Assembly (NCBI GenBank): GCA_963808235.1
Contig: CAWEEQ010000004.1
Location: forward strand, 1,472,001 to 1,536,000
Origin: an uncultured delta proteobacterium
GTDB taxonomy: Bacteria > Desulfobacterota > Binatia > Binatales > Binataceae
Length of the DNA: 64,000 bases
Direction: 5' to 3'
Each line of letters begins with the position of its first letter. Position 1 is the first letter of the stretch. The position numbers and the translations under genes are program-made. Below the pieces are notes generated by a model that saw only the letters and a program-made list of their open reading frames with translations, was not told the origin of the DNA and ran no database searches. This document shows, piece by piece, positions 32,082 to 42,205 of the stretch.

Positions 32082-33035
32082 CTAGTACTCGGGTTTGAAA
32101 TCGAAATGATGAATCGCTTCGATAAAGCGGACCGTGCGCGTCTTCGATCTCATCACGACGCTGTTGGTCATCGCCCCGCCGGAAAAAAATCGCACCCCGC
32201 GCAGATAATCGCCGGTGGTCACGCCGGTTGCCGCGAACATGACATTTTCGCCCGCCAGTTCCTCCAGCGTGTAGCGATGCTTCAAATCCATGATGCCCAT
32301 AGCCAGACACGCTTCCGCTTCCTCGGAGTTGCGCGGCACGAATCTGCATTGCATCTCGCCGCCGACCGAACGAATCGCAGCCCCTGCAAGCACGCCCTGA
32401 TGCGCTCCGCCGATCCCGATCAGCATGTCGATTTCGCTCTCGGGGCGGGTGGTTGCGATAGCCGCGGAAAGATCTCCGGCTGATATCATCTTGATTCCGG
32501 CGCCGGCCTTGCGCACTTCGTTGATCAGCTTTTCGTGCCGCGGCCGATCGAGAATCGCGATCCTTAGATCCTCGACGTAGACGTTCTTCGCTTCGGCGAG
32601 CGCCTTAAGATTGTCGGTTGGCGATTTGTCTATGTCGATCACGCCGCGGCCCGCGGGTCCGCACGTGACCTTGTCCATGTATGTGTCGGGACAGCGCAGG
32701 ATTCGGCCACGCTCCGCAAGCGCGACGCATGACAGCGCGTTGGGTCCGCCGGTTGCGCAGATAAGCGAGCCTTCGATCGCGTCCAGCGCAACGTCGATCT
32801 CGGTGCCCGCGCCGCTGCCGACTATTTCGCCTTCGTAAAGGAATTCCGCGTCGCCTTCCTTCCCCTCGCCGATAACGATCTTGCCGTCCATCGCGACCGA
32901 GTTAAGCGTCTTGCGCATCGCGTCGCACGCAGATCGATCCGCCATCCGATCGTCGCCCTTGCCGATGAAACGCGCTGCTGCCAGCGCAGCCGCTTCAGTC
33001 GCACGCACAACTTCAAGGGCAAGATTTCGCTCCAT
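32082..33035 (-). CDS. glpX: Class II fructose-1,6-bisphosphatase
   Basis: MERNLALEVVRATEAAA, IVIGEG, LDRPRH, FAATGVT. Confidence 0.93.
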   Translation of the reverse strand: MERNLALEVVRATEAAALAAARFIGKGDDRMADRSACDAMRKTLNSVAMDGKIVIGEGKEGDAEFLYEGEIVGSGAGTEIDVALDAIEGSLICATGGPNALSCVALAERGRILRCPDTYMDKVTCGPAGRGVIDIDKSPTDNLKALAEAKNVYVEDLRIAILDRPRHEKLINEVRKAGAGIKMISAGDLSAAIATTRPESEIDMLIGIGGAHQGVLAGAAIRSVGGEMQCRFVPRNSEEAEACLAMGIMDLKHRYTLEELAGENVMFAATGVTTGDYLRGVRFFSGGAMTNSVVMRSKTRTVRFIEAIHHFDFKPEY

Positions 33036-33048
33036 TCACGCCTCCCGA

Positions 33049-34280
33049 TCAGTTCGAGGTCACGGTCATCCCACGTCCGAACAACGATTCTATCAGGTGA
33101 TAGCCATCGCCGACGACCAGCCCGGTCCTGGTTCCGTCCGCTTCAGTGTATCGCCGCGCGATCCCGCGTTCCGACCTGAGCTGCGCTCGATTTCAGGAGC
33201 GCGAACGGCACCGGCTCCGGCGAATGCGTTTTCAACTGACTCGGAGTCGCGTGATCGGGCATCAGCAGAATCGCAAAATCGCCCAGCGCGCCGAGACCTG
33301 CGAGCATCGGCCCGATGATCAACTCGTCGATTCGCTCGATCGCTTCCTTCTTCAGATCGGCACGTCCCATGTGACCGGCCTCATCCGGCGCTTCGATGTG
33401 CAAGAGCAGGAAGTCGCGCGCTTTCAGCGACTCGAGACCATATCGCGCCTTCGCGGCGTAATCGGTATCGAGAAAACCGGTCGCGCCCGGCACCTTGATC
33501 AGATTCAGCCCCGCGAGCCTTCCGAGCCCGTTGACCAGGTCCACGGCGGAGATCACTGAGCCCTCGACCCCAAACCGTTCCTTGAGCGTCGGCACCGACG
33601 GCCGCGTCCCCTGCCCCCAGAGCCAGATCGAGGTCGCCTCCGGCTTGCCCGCGGCGCGACGCGCCTTGTTCACCGGATGCTCCGCCAAAATTTTCGCAGC
33701 GCGAGTGGTCAGGTTGCGCAACAGGTCGGCGCCGGCGCCCTTGGGCAGATGAGGCTCGACCGGCTTGCCGGTGATGTCGTGCGGCGGAGTCAGATGCGTG
33801 GTCGCGATTCCACCGCGCCACATCATCAGATGCCGATAGCTGACACCGTTGAAAAATTCGATTCCGTCGCCGCCAAGTTCGGCGCGGATATCATCGACGA
33901 TCCGCGCGGCTTCTTCGCTGCTGATATGCCCCGACGTGAAATCGTTCATCACCAGCGCGCCAGCCATCGTCGGGTTTCAGCGAGACGAGGTTCATCCTGA
34001 ACACAACATCGCGCGGACCCATCTCGATTCCCTGGCTCGCGGCCTCTATCGGCGCGCGCCCGGTGTGATAGCGGGCCGGATCGTAGCCAAGCATCGTCAT
34101 GGTGCCGACGTCGCTGCCAGACGGCATCCCCTTGGGAATCGTCGCGACCATCCCGAGCGTGCCGCGAGTCGCGAGCAAATCCATATTCGGCTTGTGCGCT
34201 GCGTCGAGTGGAGTCTTCCCGCCAAGTTCCTCGCACGGCCAATCGGCCATCCCGTCGCCATGAATGATGATGTACTTCAT
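33049..34280 (-). CDS. apgM: Cofactor-independent phosphoglycerate mutase, frameshifts near 33963 and 33160
   Basis: GDGMAD, GSDV, GRAPIEAA, HIEAPDEAGH, PDHATP, H-x-x-EPVP; the shifted tail RRYTEA…GYHLIESLF ends at 33049. Confidence 0.9.
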
Positions 34281-34299
34281 CGCATCAACCGCGCGCTGA

Positions 34300-35398
34300 T
34301 CAGTCGCGCTCCAGGACTTTCAGCACTTTCTCGATGTCCGGTTCGACGACGATCGTGTTGCTCAAATTCTTGAGCGCGGTGTCTGGATCCTTCAGCCCAT
34401 GACCAGTCAGCGTGCAGACGACGACCGATCCGGGCTTAAGCATTCCGGTCCCCGCATACTTGAGCAGTCCCGCCACCGACGCCGCCGACGCAGGCTCGGC
34501 GAATACGCCACCGGCCGCGATCAGCCGATACGCCGCGAGGATTTCCGAGTCGGTCACGATGTCGATAACGCCGCCGGAGTCATCGCGCGCCGTCGTCGCG
34601 CCTTTCCAGCTCGCGGGATTTCCAATCTTGATCGCCGTCGCCACCGTATGCGGATCGTCAATCGGATGCCCCACGACAATCGGCGCCGACTCCGCCGCCT
34701 GGTAACCCATCATCTTCGGCACCCGCGCGCTCAACTCAGCATCGCGGTACTCCTGGTAGCCGGCCCAGTGTGCGGTGATATTTCCAGCGTTTCCGACCGG
34801 CAAAAAATGATGCGTCGGCGCGTCGCCGAGTTGATCGCAAATCTCGAACGCCGCGGTCTTCTGCCCCGCGATTCGATCCGGGTTCACACTATTAACGAGC
34901 CGGATGCGCACCGGGTCGCGCTCCGCGACGTCGCGCACCACCTTCAGGCAGATGTCGAAGTTGCCGATCACCTCGAGCACGCGCGCCCCATGCATCACGC
35001 TTTGCGAAAGCTTGCCCAGCGCGACCGCGCCCTTGGGAATCAGCACGTAGGCTTTCAGCCCCGCGCGTCCCGCATATGCCGCCGCCGACGCCGCTGTGTT
35101 GCCCGTCGACGCGCAGATCACCGCGCGAGCGCCCTCGCCCAGCGCCTTCGAGATTGCGACCGTCATCCCGCGGTCCTTGAAAGAGCCGGTAGGGTTGGCG
35201 CCCTCAAACTTAAAGTAAACCTTGACGTTTAGCCCAAGCCGGTCCGCGATCGCCGGCGCCTCGATAAGCGGCGTGTTGCCTTCGTTCAGCGTGACGATCG
35301 GAGTTGAATCTGTCACCGGCAGGAAGCGCCGGTAATGTTCGATCAGACCCGGCCAGTGCGACAAACGCTGCGACTGGATTTTTCGGGTCGGAGGCCAT
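34300..35398 (-). CDS. thrC: Threonine synthase (start uncertain; probable extra A in a homopolymer near 35380)
   Basis: EGNTPL, NPTGSFKDRG, ASTGNT, PVGNAGN, TGHGLKD. Confidence 0.93.
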
Positions 35399-35401
35399 CG
35401 A

Positions 35402-36709
35402 CTAAAGCTTCTCCTCAATTCGGATGAACGCCGGCGCCGCCTGCACGATTTTCTTCCGCTGTATCTCGGTCAGCGCGCGTTTCAAACTTCGCTCCGGCGC
35501 CTCATGGGTCCGCATGATCACCGGCACCGTCCGCGCCTTTCCGCGATCCTTCTGTATCACCGACGCTATCGACAACCCGTGACGTCCCAGCACCGACGCA
35601 ATCGCACCAAGCACCCCCGGCATGTCGCGCGCCATGAAGCGCAGGTAATACTCGCATACCACGTCGTCCATCGGCTTGACACTGGCGCGCTTCATGAGCG
35701 CAACCGGAAATCCCAGCGCATGCGTTCGCGCCGAGCCTGCCGCCAGCCTATGCCTCGCGATGTCCAATATATCCGCCATCACCGCGGTCGCCGTCGGCAT
35801 TTGCCCCGCTCCGAGTCCGGTGAACATCGTCGAGCCTAGCGCGTCGCCGTGAATATAGATCGCGTTGTATGCCCCGCCGACGCTCGCCAACAGATGCTTC
35901 ATCGGGATCATCGTCGGATGCACCCGCGCCTCGATCGCGCCGTCGTCGTCCTTGGCGATCGCGAGCAACTTCACCGCATAGCCAAGCTCGCGCGCGTTCG
36001 TGATATCGGTCTGCGTGATTCGCGTGATCCCTTCGGTATATACCTGCGCCGGCTTCACCAGCACTCCGAACGCAAGCGTCACCAGCAGGCAGAGTTTGTG
36101 CGCCGCGTCATGACCTTCGACATCGATCGCTGGATTCGCTTCGGCAAGTCCGGCTGCCTGCGCGTCGGCGAGCGCGCTGCCGAACTCGACTCCGCTTTCG
36201 CTCATGGTGCTGAGAATCGAATTGCATGTCCCGTTGACGATTCCATAAACGGCGCGTTGACGATCGCCCGCGAGAGCCTCGCGCAGCACCCGGATGATCG
36301 GCACGCCGCCGCCGACGCTTGCCTCGAAGCCAACTGCGAGACCGCGTTTGCCGGCCTCGCGAAAAATCTCGCCTCCATGCTCGGCGAGCAGCGCCTTGTT
36401 GCCGGTTACGACGTCCTTGCCCGCGCCAAGCGCTTTCAAAATAAGTTCGCGCGCCGGCTGATGCCCGCCGAACAACTCCACCACGATGTCGATATCGGGA
36501 CGTACGACAATCGCCGCGCTGTCGCGTGTGATCAGTTGCGCGGTGAGGCCTAGCGCGGCGTCAGGCTTAAGGCTGCGATCGGCGACCGCCGCCAACTCGA
36601 GCGGTACGCCGAGCTTGCGCGCGTACGAGGCGCCGTTGTCGCGAATCAGCCTGACGACGCCGGTCCCAACAGTGCCGCATCCGAGCAGAGCAATCCGAAC
36701 GGGTTTCAA
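35402..36709 (-). CDS. hom: Homoserine dehydrogenase with ACT domain
   Basis: GCGTVG, TGNKA, FEASVGGGVP, NGTCN, GAGQMPTA, C-terminal ACT domain. Confidence 0.95.
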   Translation of the reverse strand: MKPVRIALLGCGTVGTGVVRLIRDNGASYARKLGVPLELAAVADRSLKPDAALGLTAQLITRDSAAIVVRPDIDIVVELFGGHQPARELILKALGAGKDVVTGNKALLAEHGGEIFREAGKRGLAVGFEASVGGGVPIIRVLREALAGDRQRAVYGIVNGTCNSILSTMSESGVEFGSALADAQAAGLAEANPAIDVEGHDAAHKLCLLVTLAFGVLVKPAQVYTEGITRITQTDITNARELGYAVKLLAIAKDDDGAIEARVHPTMIPMKHLLASVGGAYNAIYIHGDALGSTMFTGLGAGQMPTATAVMADILDIARHRLAAGSARTHALGFPVALMKRASVKPMDDVVCEYYLRFMARDMPGVLGAIASVLGRHGLSIASVIQKDRGKARTVPVIMRTHEAPERSLKRALTEIQRKKIVQAAPAFIRIEEKL

Positions 36710-36738
36710 TCTGACGCCCCCACCCAAGCGAATCCGCT

Positions 36739-37953
36739 TCAGGAGGCAACGACGGCGCGGGCGGGAATTTCCGCATGCCCGCGGCTGAGCGCGAGGCGAA
36801 TTCCGCGAATCGCCTGCCGCGTCCGATGTTCATTCTCGATAAGCGCGAAGCGCACGAAGCCGTCGCCGTCCTGGCCGAAACCGATTCCCGGCGACACCGC
36901 GACTTTGGCCTCTGCGAGTAGGAACTTGGCGAACTCGAGCGAGCCCATCGCGCGCCACGGCTCCGGTATCGGCGCCCACACGAACATCGTCGCCTTGGGT
37001 TTCTCGACCGGCCAGCCGGCGCGATTGAGTCCGTCGACCAGCACGTCGCGCCGCCGCTTGTACATCGCGTTGATCTCGCCGACGCATTCCTGCGGCCCAT
37101 TGAGCGCCGCGATCGCCGCGACCTGCACCGGCGCGAACATCCCGTAGTCGAAGTACGATTTCAGCCGCGCGAGCGCCGCGATCATCTCGCGGTTTCCGAC
37201 CGCGAAGCCGACCCGCCATCCCGGCATGTTGTAGCTTTTCGAGAGCGTGAAGAACTCGACGCCAATCTCTTTCGCGCCCGCAACCTGCATCATCGAGGGC
37301 GCCTTGTATCCGTCGAAGCACAGGTCCGCATACGCAAAATCCTGCGCCACCATGATGTCGTTCTCGCGCGCGAACTCGACCACCCGCTGCATGAAATGCA
37401 TATCGACGGTCGCGGTGGTCGGATTATGCGGAAAATTCATGATCAGAAACTTCGGCCGCGGCCAGCATCGATTCACCGTCGCGATCAGCTCGTCGAAAAA
37501 TTCCTCGCCGCGCCGGATCGGAACGCCCTGCACCTGCGCTCCCGCAATGATGCATCCGTACTGATGAATCGGGTAGGTCGGCGTCGGCGCCAGCACCACG
37601 TCGCCCTGATCGAGAATCGCCAGCGCCATGTGCGCGATTCCCTCCTTCGAGCCGATCGTCACGATCGCTTCCGAGTCCGGGTCGAGCTCAACGCCATAGC
37701 GCCGCCGATACCAGTCGCAAATCGCAAGGCGTAGTTTGAACACCCCGCGCGAGACCGAGTAGCGATGGTTCGCGCCCTTGGCCGCTGCCTCGACCAGCTT
37801 CGCCACAATATGCGGCGGCGTCGGCTCGTCAGGATTTCCCATCCCGAAATCGATAATGTCCTCGCCCGCCCGCCGAGCCTTCAAACAAAGCTCGCCGATA
37901 GCATTGAACACATACGGCGGCAGCCGCTTAATTCGAGGGAAATCCATGTCCAT
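36739..37953 (-). CDS. alaC: Alanine transaminase AlaC-like PLP aminotransferase
   Basis: [37 protein letters not shown]. Confidence 0.9.
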   Translation of the reverse strand: MDMDFPRIKRLPPYVFNAIGELCLKARRAGEDIIDFGMGNPDEPTPPHIVAKLVEAAAKGANHRYSVSRGVFKLRLAICDWYRRRYGVELDPDSEAIVTIGSKEGIAHMALAILDQGDVVLAPTPTYPIHQYGCIIAGAQVQGVPIRRGEEFFDELIATVNRCWPRPKFLIMNFPHNPTTATVDMHFMQRVVEFARENDIMVAQDFAYADLCFDGYKAPSMMQVAGAKEIGVEFFTLSKSYNMPGWRVGFAVGNREMIAALARLKSYFDYGMFAPVQVAAIAALNGPQECVGEINAMYKRRRDVLVDGLNRAGWPVEKPKATMFVWAPIPEPWRAMGSLEFAKFLLAEAKVAVSPGIGFGQDGDGFVRFALIENEHRTRQAIRGIRLALSRGHAEIPARAVVAS

Positions 37954-38067
37954 ATAGTTCGCCGGTGATGCCCCAGCGCACCCCAAATGCGCGAACTATA
38001 AGTTTTAACCGACCGCCGACGCCCTCGCTAGTAGGCTCCGGCCAGCGCAATGGTGGTTTTGAAAATT

Positions 38068-38405
38068 CTAGAGGACGTTTAATGTTCCGTATGTCGATGC
38101 GCCGCCAATACCCTGCGTGCCGGCTTTTTCACCCGCTCGTCTGCGTCACTGCGCAATTTCTCGAGCACGTCGACGATGCGCGCCTCATAGACAGCCGGAG
38201 AGCCATCGCAAAGCACATGAACGATCCCGCGGCGAACAAGCGCGTCGGGGTCGTCGGCCATCTCGATGAATCGGTCCCAAATCTCCGCTTTATGCACCTT
38301 AACCTCGCACGGACACAAAGCCTGAACGGCTTTGCGACGAACTTTAGGATCGCGGTCTCTGCTCATCTCGAGCAACCTCGGAATTTCGGATCGCGGCGTG
38401 CGCAT
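38068..38405 (-). CDS. HEAT-repeat small protein with a CPC motif (last codons frameshifted)
   Basis: DRDPKVR, DPDALVR and DADERVK repeats; adding one G gives the end RHTGTLNVL* at 38068. Confidence 0.7.
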
Positions 38406-38434
38406 GCGCCTCTCTCCTCATACGATTGTTTCCC

Positions 38435-39682
38435 TTAGGTTTCCGCGACCGCAACCGCGACAGATTCGCGCCGCCGTATCGCCCAATACACCGGCGCTGC
38501 GCAGACCGAGATTAGGCCCGCAATCTGCCATTCGAATGGGACTCCCGAGACGTCCGCTATATGGCCCGCGAACAGCAGGCCGACTGCTCCGCCGATAGTC
38601 TCGAACGTGCTTCGAAACGACAGCAGCGTCGCCCGATTGCTCGATTCAACCTGCTCGTTGAACCAGCTCTGCACCAGCGGCAGCATCGCGCCGGTGCAAA
38701 TGTTCATCACGAACAACATCGCGAGCGCGACTACCGGCCGTCCGCCGAATAGACCTGCCAGGAACAACATCACGCTCGCCGCGAACACCAATGCTCCGAC
38801 TCGCGCCGCGCGCTGCGATTCGTCGCACCCGATGCGCGCGTTCATCTCCGCGCCGATCATCCGCGCCAGCGCCAGCCCGCAATAGATCCATCCGATAATC
38901 CAGATACCCACCGCGAAGCTCTCGTTGAACATAACCGGCCACTCGACCCAGTACGGCGCCCACGCGCCTACCGTGATCGCGCCCGCCGCGCTCAGCATCA
39001 GCACGGTCGGCGCGCTGAATCCGGTTCGGAGACCGTCGCTCACTTGCGACGCCACCCGATGAGGAATTTCCGCAATCCTGATCCGCACCGCGCGCGGTCG
39101 CTCGTCGTGCATCAGGTACCCGCCCACTACCAGGCTCGCCAGATAGCCTGCCGCACCGAGCAGCCACGGCCACGCAACGTTCACGTCGGCGACGTATGCG
39201 CCGATCATCGCCGAGCCCATGAAGCCCACCGTGCTCAGCTGCGAGGCTCGCGAGAACAGCCGATCTTTCAGCCCTTCGTATCCGGCGTTGTCGAGTGCGT
39301 CGACGCCCCACGCGTCGATCGCGCCGTTGCCGAACGTCGTGCCGATACCATCGATACCCTCGGCGATCAGGAAGACGTAGTAGTGATGCGCCGTGAAATA
39401 AAGCAGGAACGCGCAGACCCGCAGCGACGTGCCAAGCACGAACGACTTGCGCCGTCCGAGCAGGTCGGCGAACGCACCGGTCGGCACGTCGGTAAGGAAC
39501 AGGACTACGAAGAAGACCGCGAGAACGCTGTTTATCTGGAGCTGAGTCAGACCGCGCGCGCGCAAAAAAATCGGGTAGACGCCGAACAGGAATCCACCGG
39601 CGAACGAGTACATCCCCCAGACCGTGTAGTAACGCCGGATGATGTCGTTAATCTTCGGAACATGATGCCGTTTCGATTCCAC
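38435..39682 (-). CDS. MFS transporter
   Basis: DVPTGAFADLLGRRKS motif A, about 12 hydrophobic segments, NRATLLS. Confidence 0.92.
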   Translation of the reverse strand: MESKRHHVPKINDIIRRYYTVWGMYSFAGGFLFGVYPIFLRARGLTQLQINSVLAVFFVVLFLTDVPTGAFADLLGRRKSFVLGTSLRVCAFLLYFTAHHYYVFLIAEGIDGIGTTFGNGAIDAWGVDALDNAGYEGLKDRLFSRASQLSTVGFMGSAMIGAYVADVNVAWPWLLGAAGYLASLVVGGYLMHDERPRAVRIRIAEIPHRVASQVSDGLRTGFSAPTVLMLSAAGAITVGAWAPYWVEWPVMFNESFAVGIWIIGWIYCGLALARMIGAEMNARIGCDESQRAARVGALVFAASVMLFLAGLFGGRPVVALAMLFVMNICTGAMLPLVQSWFNEQVESSNRATLLSFRSTFETIGGAVGLLFAGHIADVSGVPFEWQIAGLISVCAAPVYWAIRRRESVAVAVAET

Positions 39683-39712
39683 GGAACTTTCCCCGCCCAC
39701 TGTGCAACGCGC

Positions 39713-39755
39713 AAAGAAAAAGCCCCGGGGCTCTTAAGCGCCCGGGGCTTTTTTG
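39713..39755. terminator. Intrinsic terminator, bidirectional geometry
   Basis: AAAAAGCCCCGGGGC-TCTTAAGC-GCCCCGGGGCTTTTT with A/T tracts on both sides. Confidence 0.8.
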
Positions 39756-39841
39756 AGCCAAGTATCGATGTCCGTCTCAATTCGGGAGGACCTTCATTGA
39801 ATTGGGGACTTGACGTACGTCGTTGCTCGGCTTCATAGGTG
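39713..39841 (-). ncRNA. Candidate structured sRNA or leader RNA (about 130 nt)
   Basis: Upstream TTGACT-17-TAGGGT (39875-39847); nested stems AGCCGAG/CUUGGCU and CAAUUC/GAAUUG; apical loop containing UCCUCCC; ends in the terminator. Confidence 0.45.
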
Positions 39842-39899
39842 ATGCCACCCTATCCAGTCGCAAACCCGCAGTCAAGCGCCGCGAATTCTGGGCACTGGT

Positions 39900-40721
39900 T
39901 CAGTTTGAAAGCGCAACCAATTCCTCAACACTCCAAACATGATCAGAGATACCGGCTTCCATCGCTGGCGTGCAACGGATGGTCTGGCAGATTCGCGCGA
40001 AATTGTAGTGCATGAAGTGGAGCGCGACCGCATGCCGATGATTCTGAATCTTCTTGCTGTGACCAGCGCTCAAGCGGGTAAATCGGCGTATGCTCTGGCG
40101 CATCGTCTGGTTGTGCTTTTCGACAAATGACGTGGAAATGAAGTCTGGATCGGGCGAGCCGATGCGCGTGTCTTTACGGATGCCGATGCATTTGGGCGGG
40201 CTGTATCGATGCTCGCTATCTTCTTCGCCGTACAGCTTGACCAGCATCGCGTAATCAACATCGCGTCCAAACGCTTCCTCGACCGCGCGAAAGTAAACGG
40301 CATGCCCGTCTGTGGTCAATTGAATCCGAGTCGCGATCCGGCTCGCTACGTCGTTCATAAAGCGCTCTCCGGCTGGCGCGTTACGTCGGCCAACGTGCCA
40401 CGCGACCATCAACTTTGAATCGGCATCAATCGCGGTCCAAGTCCACACGTCGCCGAAACCAAAGCGACCGCGAAATTCAGCCGGTACGTTCTTTTGCTTC
40501 GCGTAGCAGAACGCCCAAATTTCGTCGCACTGAACGCGATTGCAATTCAGATTGCGGACATGCTCGTTGTGATAGCTCTCACAAGCTTCGCCCAGATCGG
40601 CGAGCAGCTTGAGAACGGTATTCTTCGCGATGCCAGTGATCCGCGTGATCGCGTTGATGCCGTTGCCTTCAACCAGAAGCGAAACGATCTGCGCCCGTTG
40701 CCCAATGCTCATTCTGTTCAT
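39900..40721 (-). CDS. IS1-family-like DDE transposase
   Basis: N-terminal HTH, QCDEIW, WTWTAIDADSKL, TTDG, TSFVE, RRFTRL, YNFAR, TPAMEAG; the stop lies inside the left TIR. Confidence 0.9.
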   Translation of the reverse strand: MNRMSIGQRAQIVSLLVEGNGINAITRITGIAKNTVLKLLADLGEACESYHNEHVRNLNCNRVQCDEIWAFCYAKQKNVPAEFRGRFGFGDVWTWTAIDADSKLMVAWHVGRRNAPAGERFMNDVASRIATRIQLTTDGHAVYFRAVEEAFGRDVDYAMLVKLYGEEDSEHRYSPPKCIGIRKDTRIGSPDPDFISTSFVEKHNQTMRQSIRRFTRLSAGHSKKIQNHRHAVALHFMHYNFARICQTIRCTPAMEAGISDHVWSVEELVALSN

Positions 40722-40728
40722 ACTGAAC

Positions 40729-40757
40729 AACATACAAGAGCGCTCTCGCTATGTCAA
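40729..40757 (-). promoter_or_regulatory. Sigma70-like promoter of the transposase (probably leaderless mRNA)
   Basis: TTGACA (40757-40752), 17 bp, TATGTT (40734-40729); ATG 8 nt downstream; palindrome GAGCGCTC in the spacer. Confidence 0.65.
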
Positions 40758-40765
40758 GCGGAAAC

Positions 40766-40800
40766 AAAAAGCCCCGTGGCAATAGAGGCCCACGGGGCTT
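40766..40800 (-). terminator. Intrinsic terminator of the hicA-hicB-orf3 operon
   Basis: AAGCCCCGTGG…CCACGGGGCTT stem, followed by TTTTGTTT on the minus strand. Confidence 0.75.
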
Positions 40801-40820
40801 GAACTTGATATCCGCTGATC

Positions 40821-41075
40821 TTACTTCTGCGGGTTAACCTTCGCCGCGTCCAATGCCGACGGTCCTTCCTTATCTGCTTTCTGTAAGCCAATTCCCATAA
40901 TTGTAACGACCACCGCGGGAAGTGTTTCGCCACCGCCAGCAGGCGACGGCACCTGCATGTTACCCATCCCAATTTGAAATTGTGAGGTCCAAATGCCTTC
41001 GCGTAATCCTTGATGTCGGATTAGTATTTCGACCAACTCCTTGTGCGAAAAAACGAATTGTGTCGGTTCAGCCAC
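40821..41075 (-). CDS. Small hypothetical protein, third gene of the TA operon
   Basis: GGAGG RBS then GTG at 41075; overlaps the hicB stop by 8 nt; 84 aa (FSHKELVEILI…EGIW…LDAAKVNP). Confidence 0.7.
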   Translation of the reverse strand: MAEPTQFVFSHKELVEILIRHQGLREGIWTSQFQIGMGNMQVPSPAGGGETLPAVVVTIMGIGLQKADKEGPSALDAAKVNPQK

Positions 41076-41607
41076 GGGCACCTCCTATTGTTATTGTCTC
41101 TTTCGTTGGAGGTAGAGAAATAACGGCAGCCGCATTGGATGGCAAAAACCATGAGCCAGCTTGGCCCGTAAATGGCGTGATGTAGATAAAATTGGCTTGA
41201 ATGAAATTCATTTCTATTCGATGAGCTATTCGCTCAAACAAATTATCCGCCCCAACCCAAGCCGAAATTGCGGATACAAAACAAGAATTGAGACTGATAC
41301 CATCGCGCTCGGCCTTGATCGCTGCCATGCGATGCACATCTCGCGGCAATCTGAGCGCGAACTTTCCGCTATAGCTGTGATCCGTGGTCGGAGGCGGAAT
41401 CGGCTCGCCATCGCTCAGTGTGCCTTCGATCCATGTAGCTGCAACCTCCTCCAGCTGATGATAAGCCTCGCCCGCTGTTTCGCCCTCAGCAAAGCATCCC
41501 GGAAATTCGAGAATCTCCGCAAAAAACCCGCCTTCCTCAGCGGGAACGAGAACCCTATGATAGGGAAGTTTCAGATAGTCGCTAATTGATTTTTTTTGAA
41601 TGTCCAT
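41068..41607 (-). CDS. hicB: HicB-family antitoxin with a C-terminal extension
   Basis: EILEFPGCFAEGET…GEPIPPP…YSGKFALRLPRDVH…GISLN (RHH), then about 55 extra residues. Confidence 0.88.
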   Translation of the reverse strand: MDIQKKSISDYLKLPYHRVLVPAEEGGFFAEILEFPGCFAEGETAGEAYHQLEEVAATWIEGTLSDGEPIPPPTTDHSYSGKFALRLPRDVHRMAAIKAERDGISLNSCFVSAISAWVGADNLFERIAHRIEMNFIQANFIYITPFTGQAGSWFLPSNAAAVISLPPTKETITIGGARG

Positions 41608-41890
41608 TTTGTTTGGCAATTGCTTGTTTCTCGGCCATTTCTATCGCGGCCAGATCGCCATCTAGGATCGCTAGGATCGCCTCCTTCGTTCGCCTCTTGA
41701 TTGGGGCTGAGTGATGCGGGATCGGTACTCTGGGACGGCCCTTCATCGCATACATCGGGTGATGTCCCTTTCCATCTAGTTTGCGACCAATCGCTTCCGC
41801 CAGAGATCTCAGTTCTTTGCTAGGCACTTGCCCTTGCCCTCGAAGTTCCTCCAGCCGCCGCCGCAACTCCTCTATTTTCTTGAGGGTCAT
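41582..41890 (-). CDS. hicA: HicA-like mRNA interferase toxin
   Basis: GKGHHPMY (G-x-H motif) and VPIPHH; basic, 102 aa; directly upstream of hicB. Confidence 0.7.
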   Translation of the reverse strand: MTLKKIEELRRRLEELRGQGQVPSKELRSLAEAIGRKLDGKGHHPMYAMKGRPRVPIPHHSAPIKRRTKEAILAILDGDLAAIEMAEKQAIAKQNGHSKKIN

Positions 41891-41934
41891 GATATCATGG
41901 GCGATATCATAGGTCGCTGCTTGGCTGGTGTCAA
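41889..41934 (-). promoter_or_regulatory. hicAB promoter with an overlapping palindromic operator
   Basis: TTGACA (41934-41929), 17 bp, TATGAT (41911-41906); inverted repeat ATGATATC-N6-GATATCAT (41889-41910). Confidence 0.75.
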
Positions 41935-42176
41935 GACTTCGAAGACTTCCATCTAGCGCGGGCCGCTTTACGAGCTAATTCTTTGCGCTTTTTTGCTGGT
42001 ACGCCCTTCCATCGCGCCTTTCCGCCCTTGAGACCGCCCTTGCGCCCCAGAGCGACCGCAGCAGGGTCTTTCCCATCGTCGGGCTTCTGCGCCTCTACAT
42101 CTTCGCCAATGGCCATCTGTAGAACTTTGTGCGCCAATTGGTTAGTGTCGCGGGGCATGCGAGAGCGCTTCTGCAT
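41931..42176 (-). CDS. Small basic IS-associated protein
   Basis: PRDTNQLA…KDPAAVALGRKGGLKGGKAR…RKELARKAARARW; I recall this type accompanying such IS1-like elements. Confidence 0.75.
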   Translation of the reverse strand: MQKRSRMPRDTNQLAHKVLQMAIGEDVEAQKPDDGKDPAAVALGRKGGLKGGKARWKGVPAKKRKELARKAARARWKSSKS

Positions 42177-42205
42177 ACCTTAGAATATGACACAGGGGGA
42201 AACCA

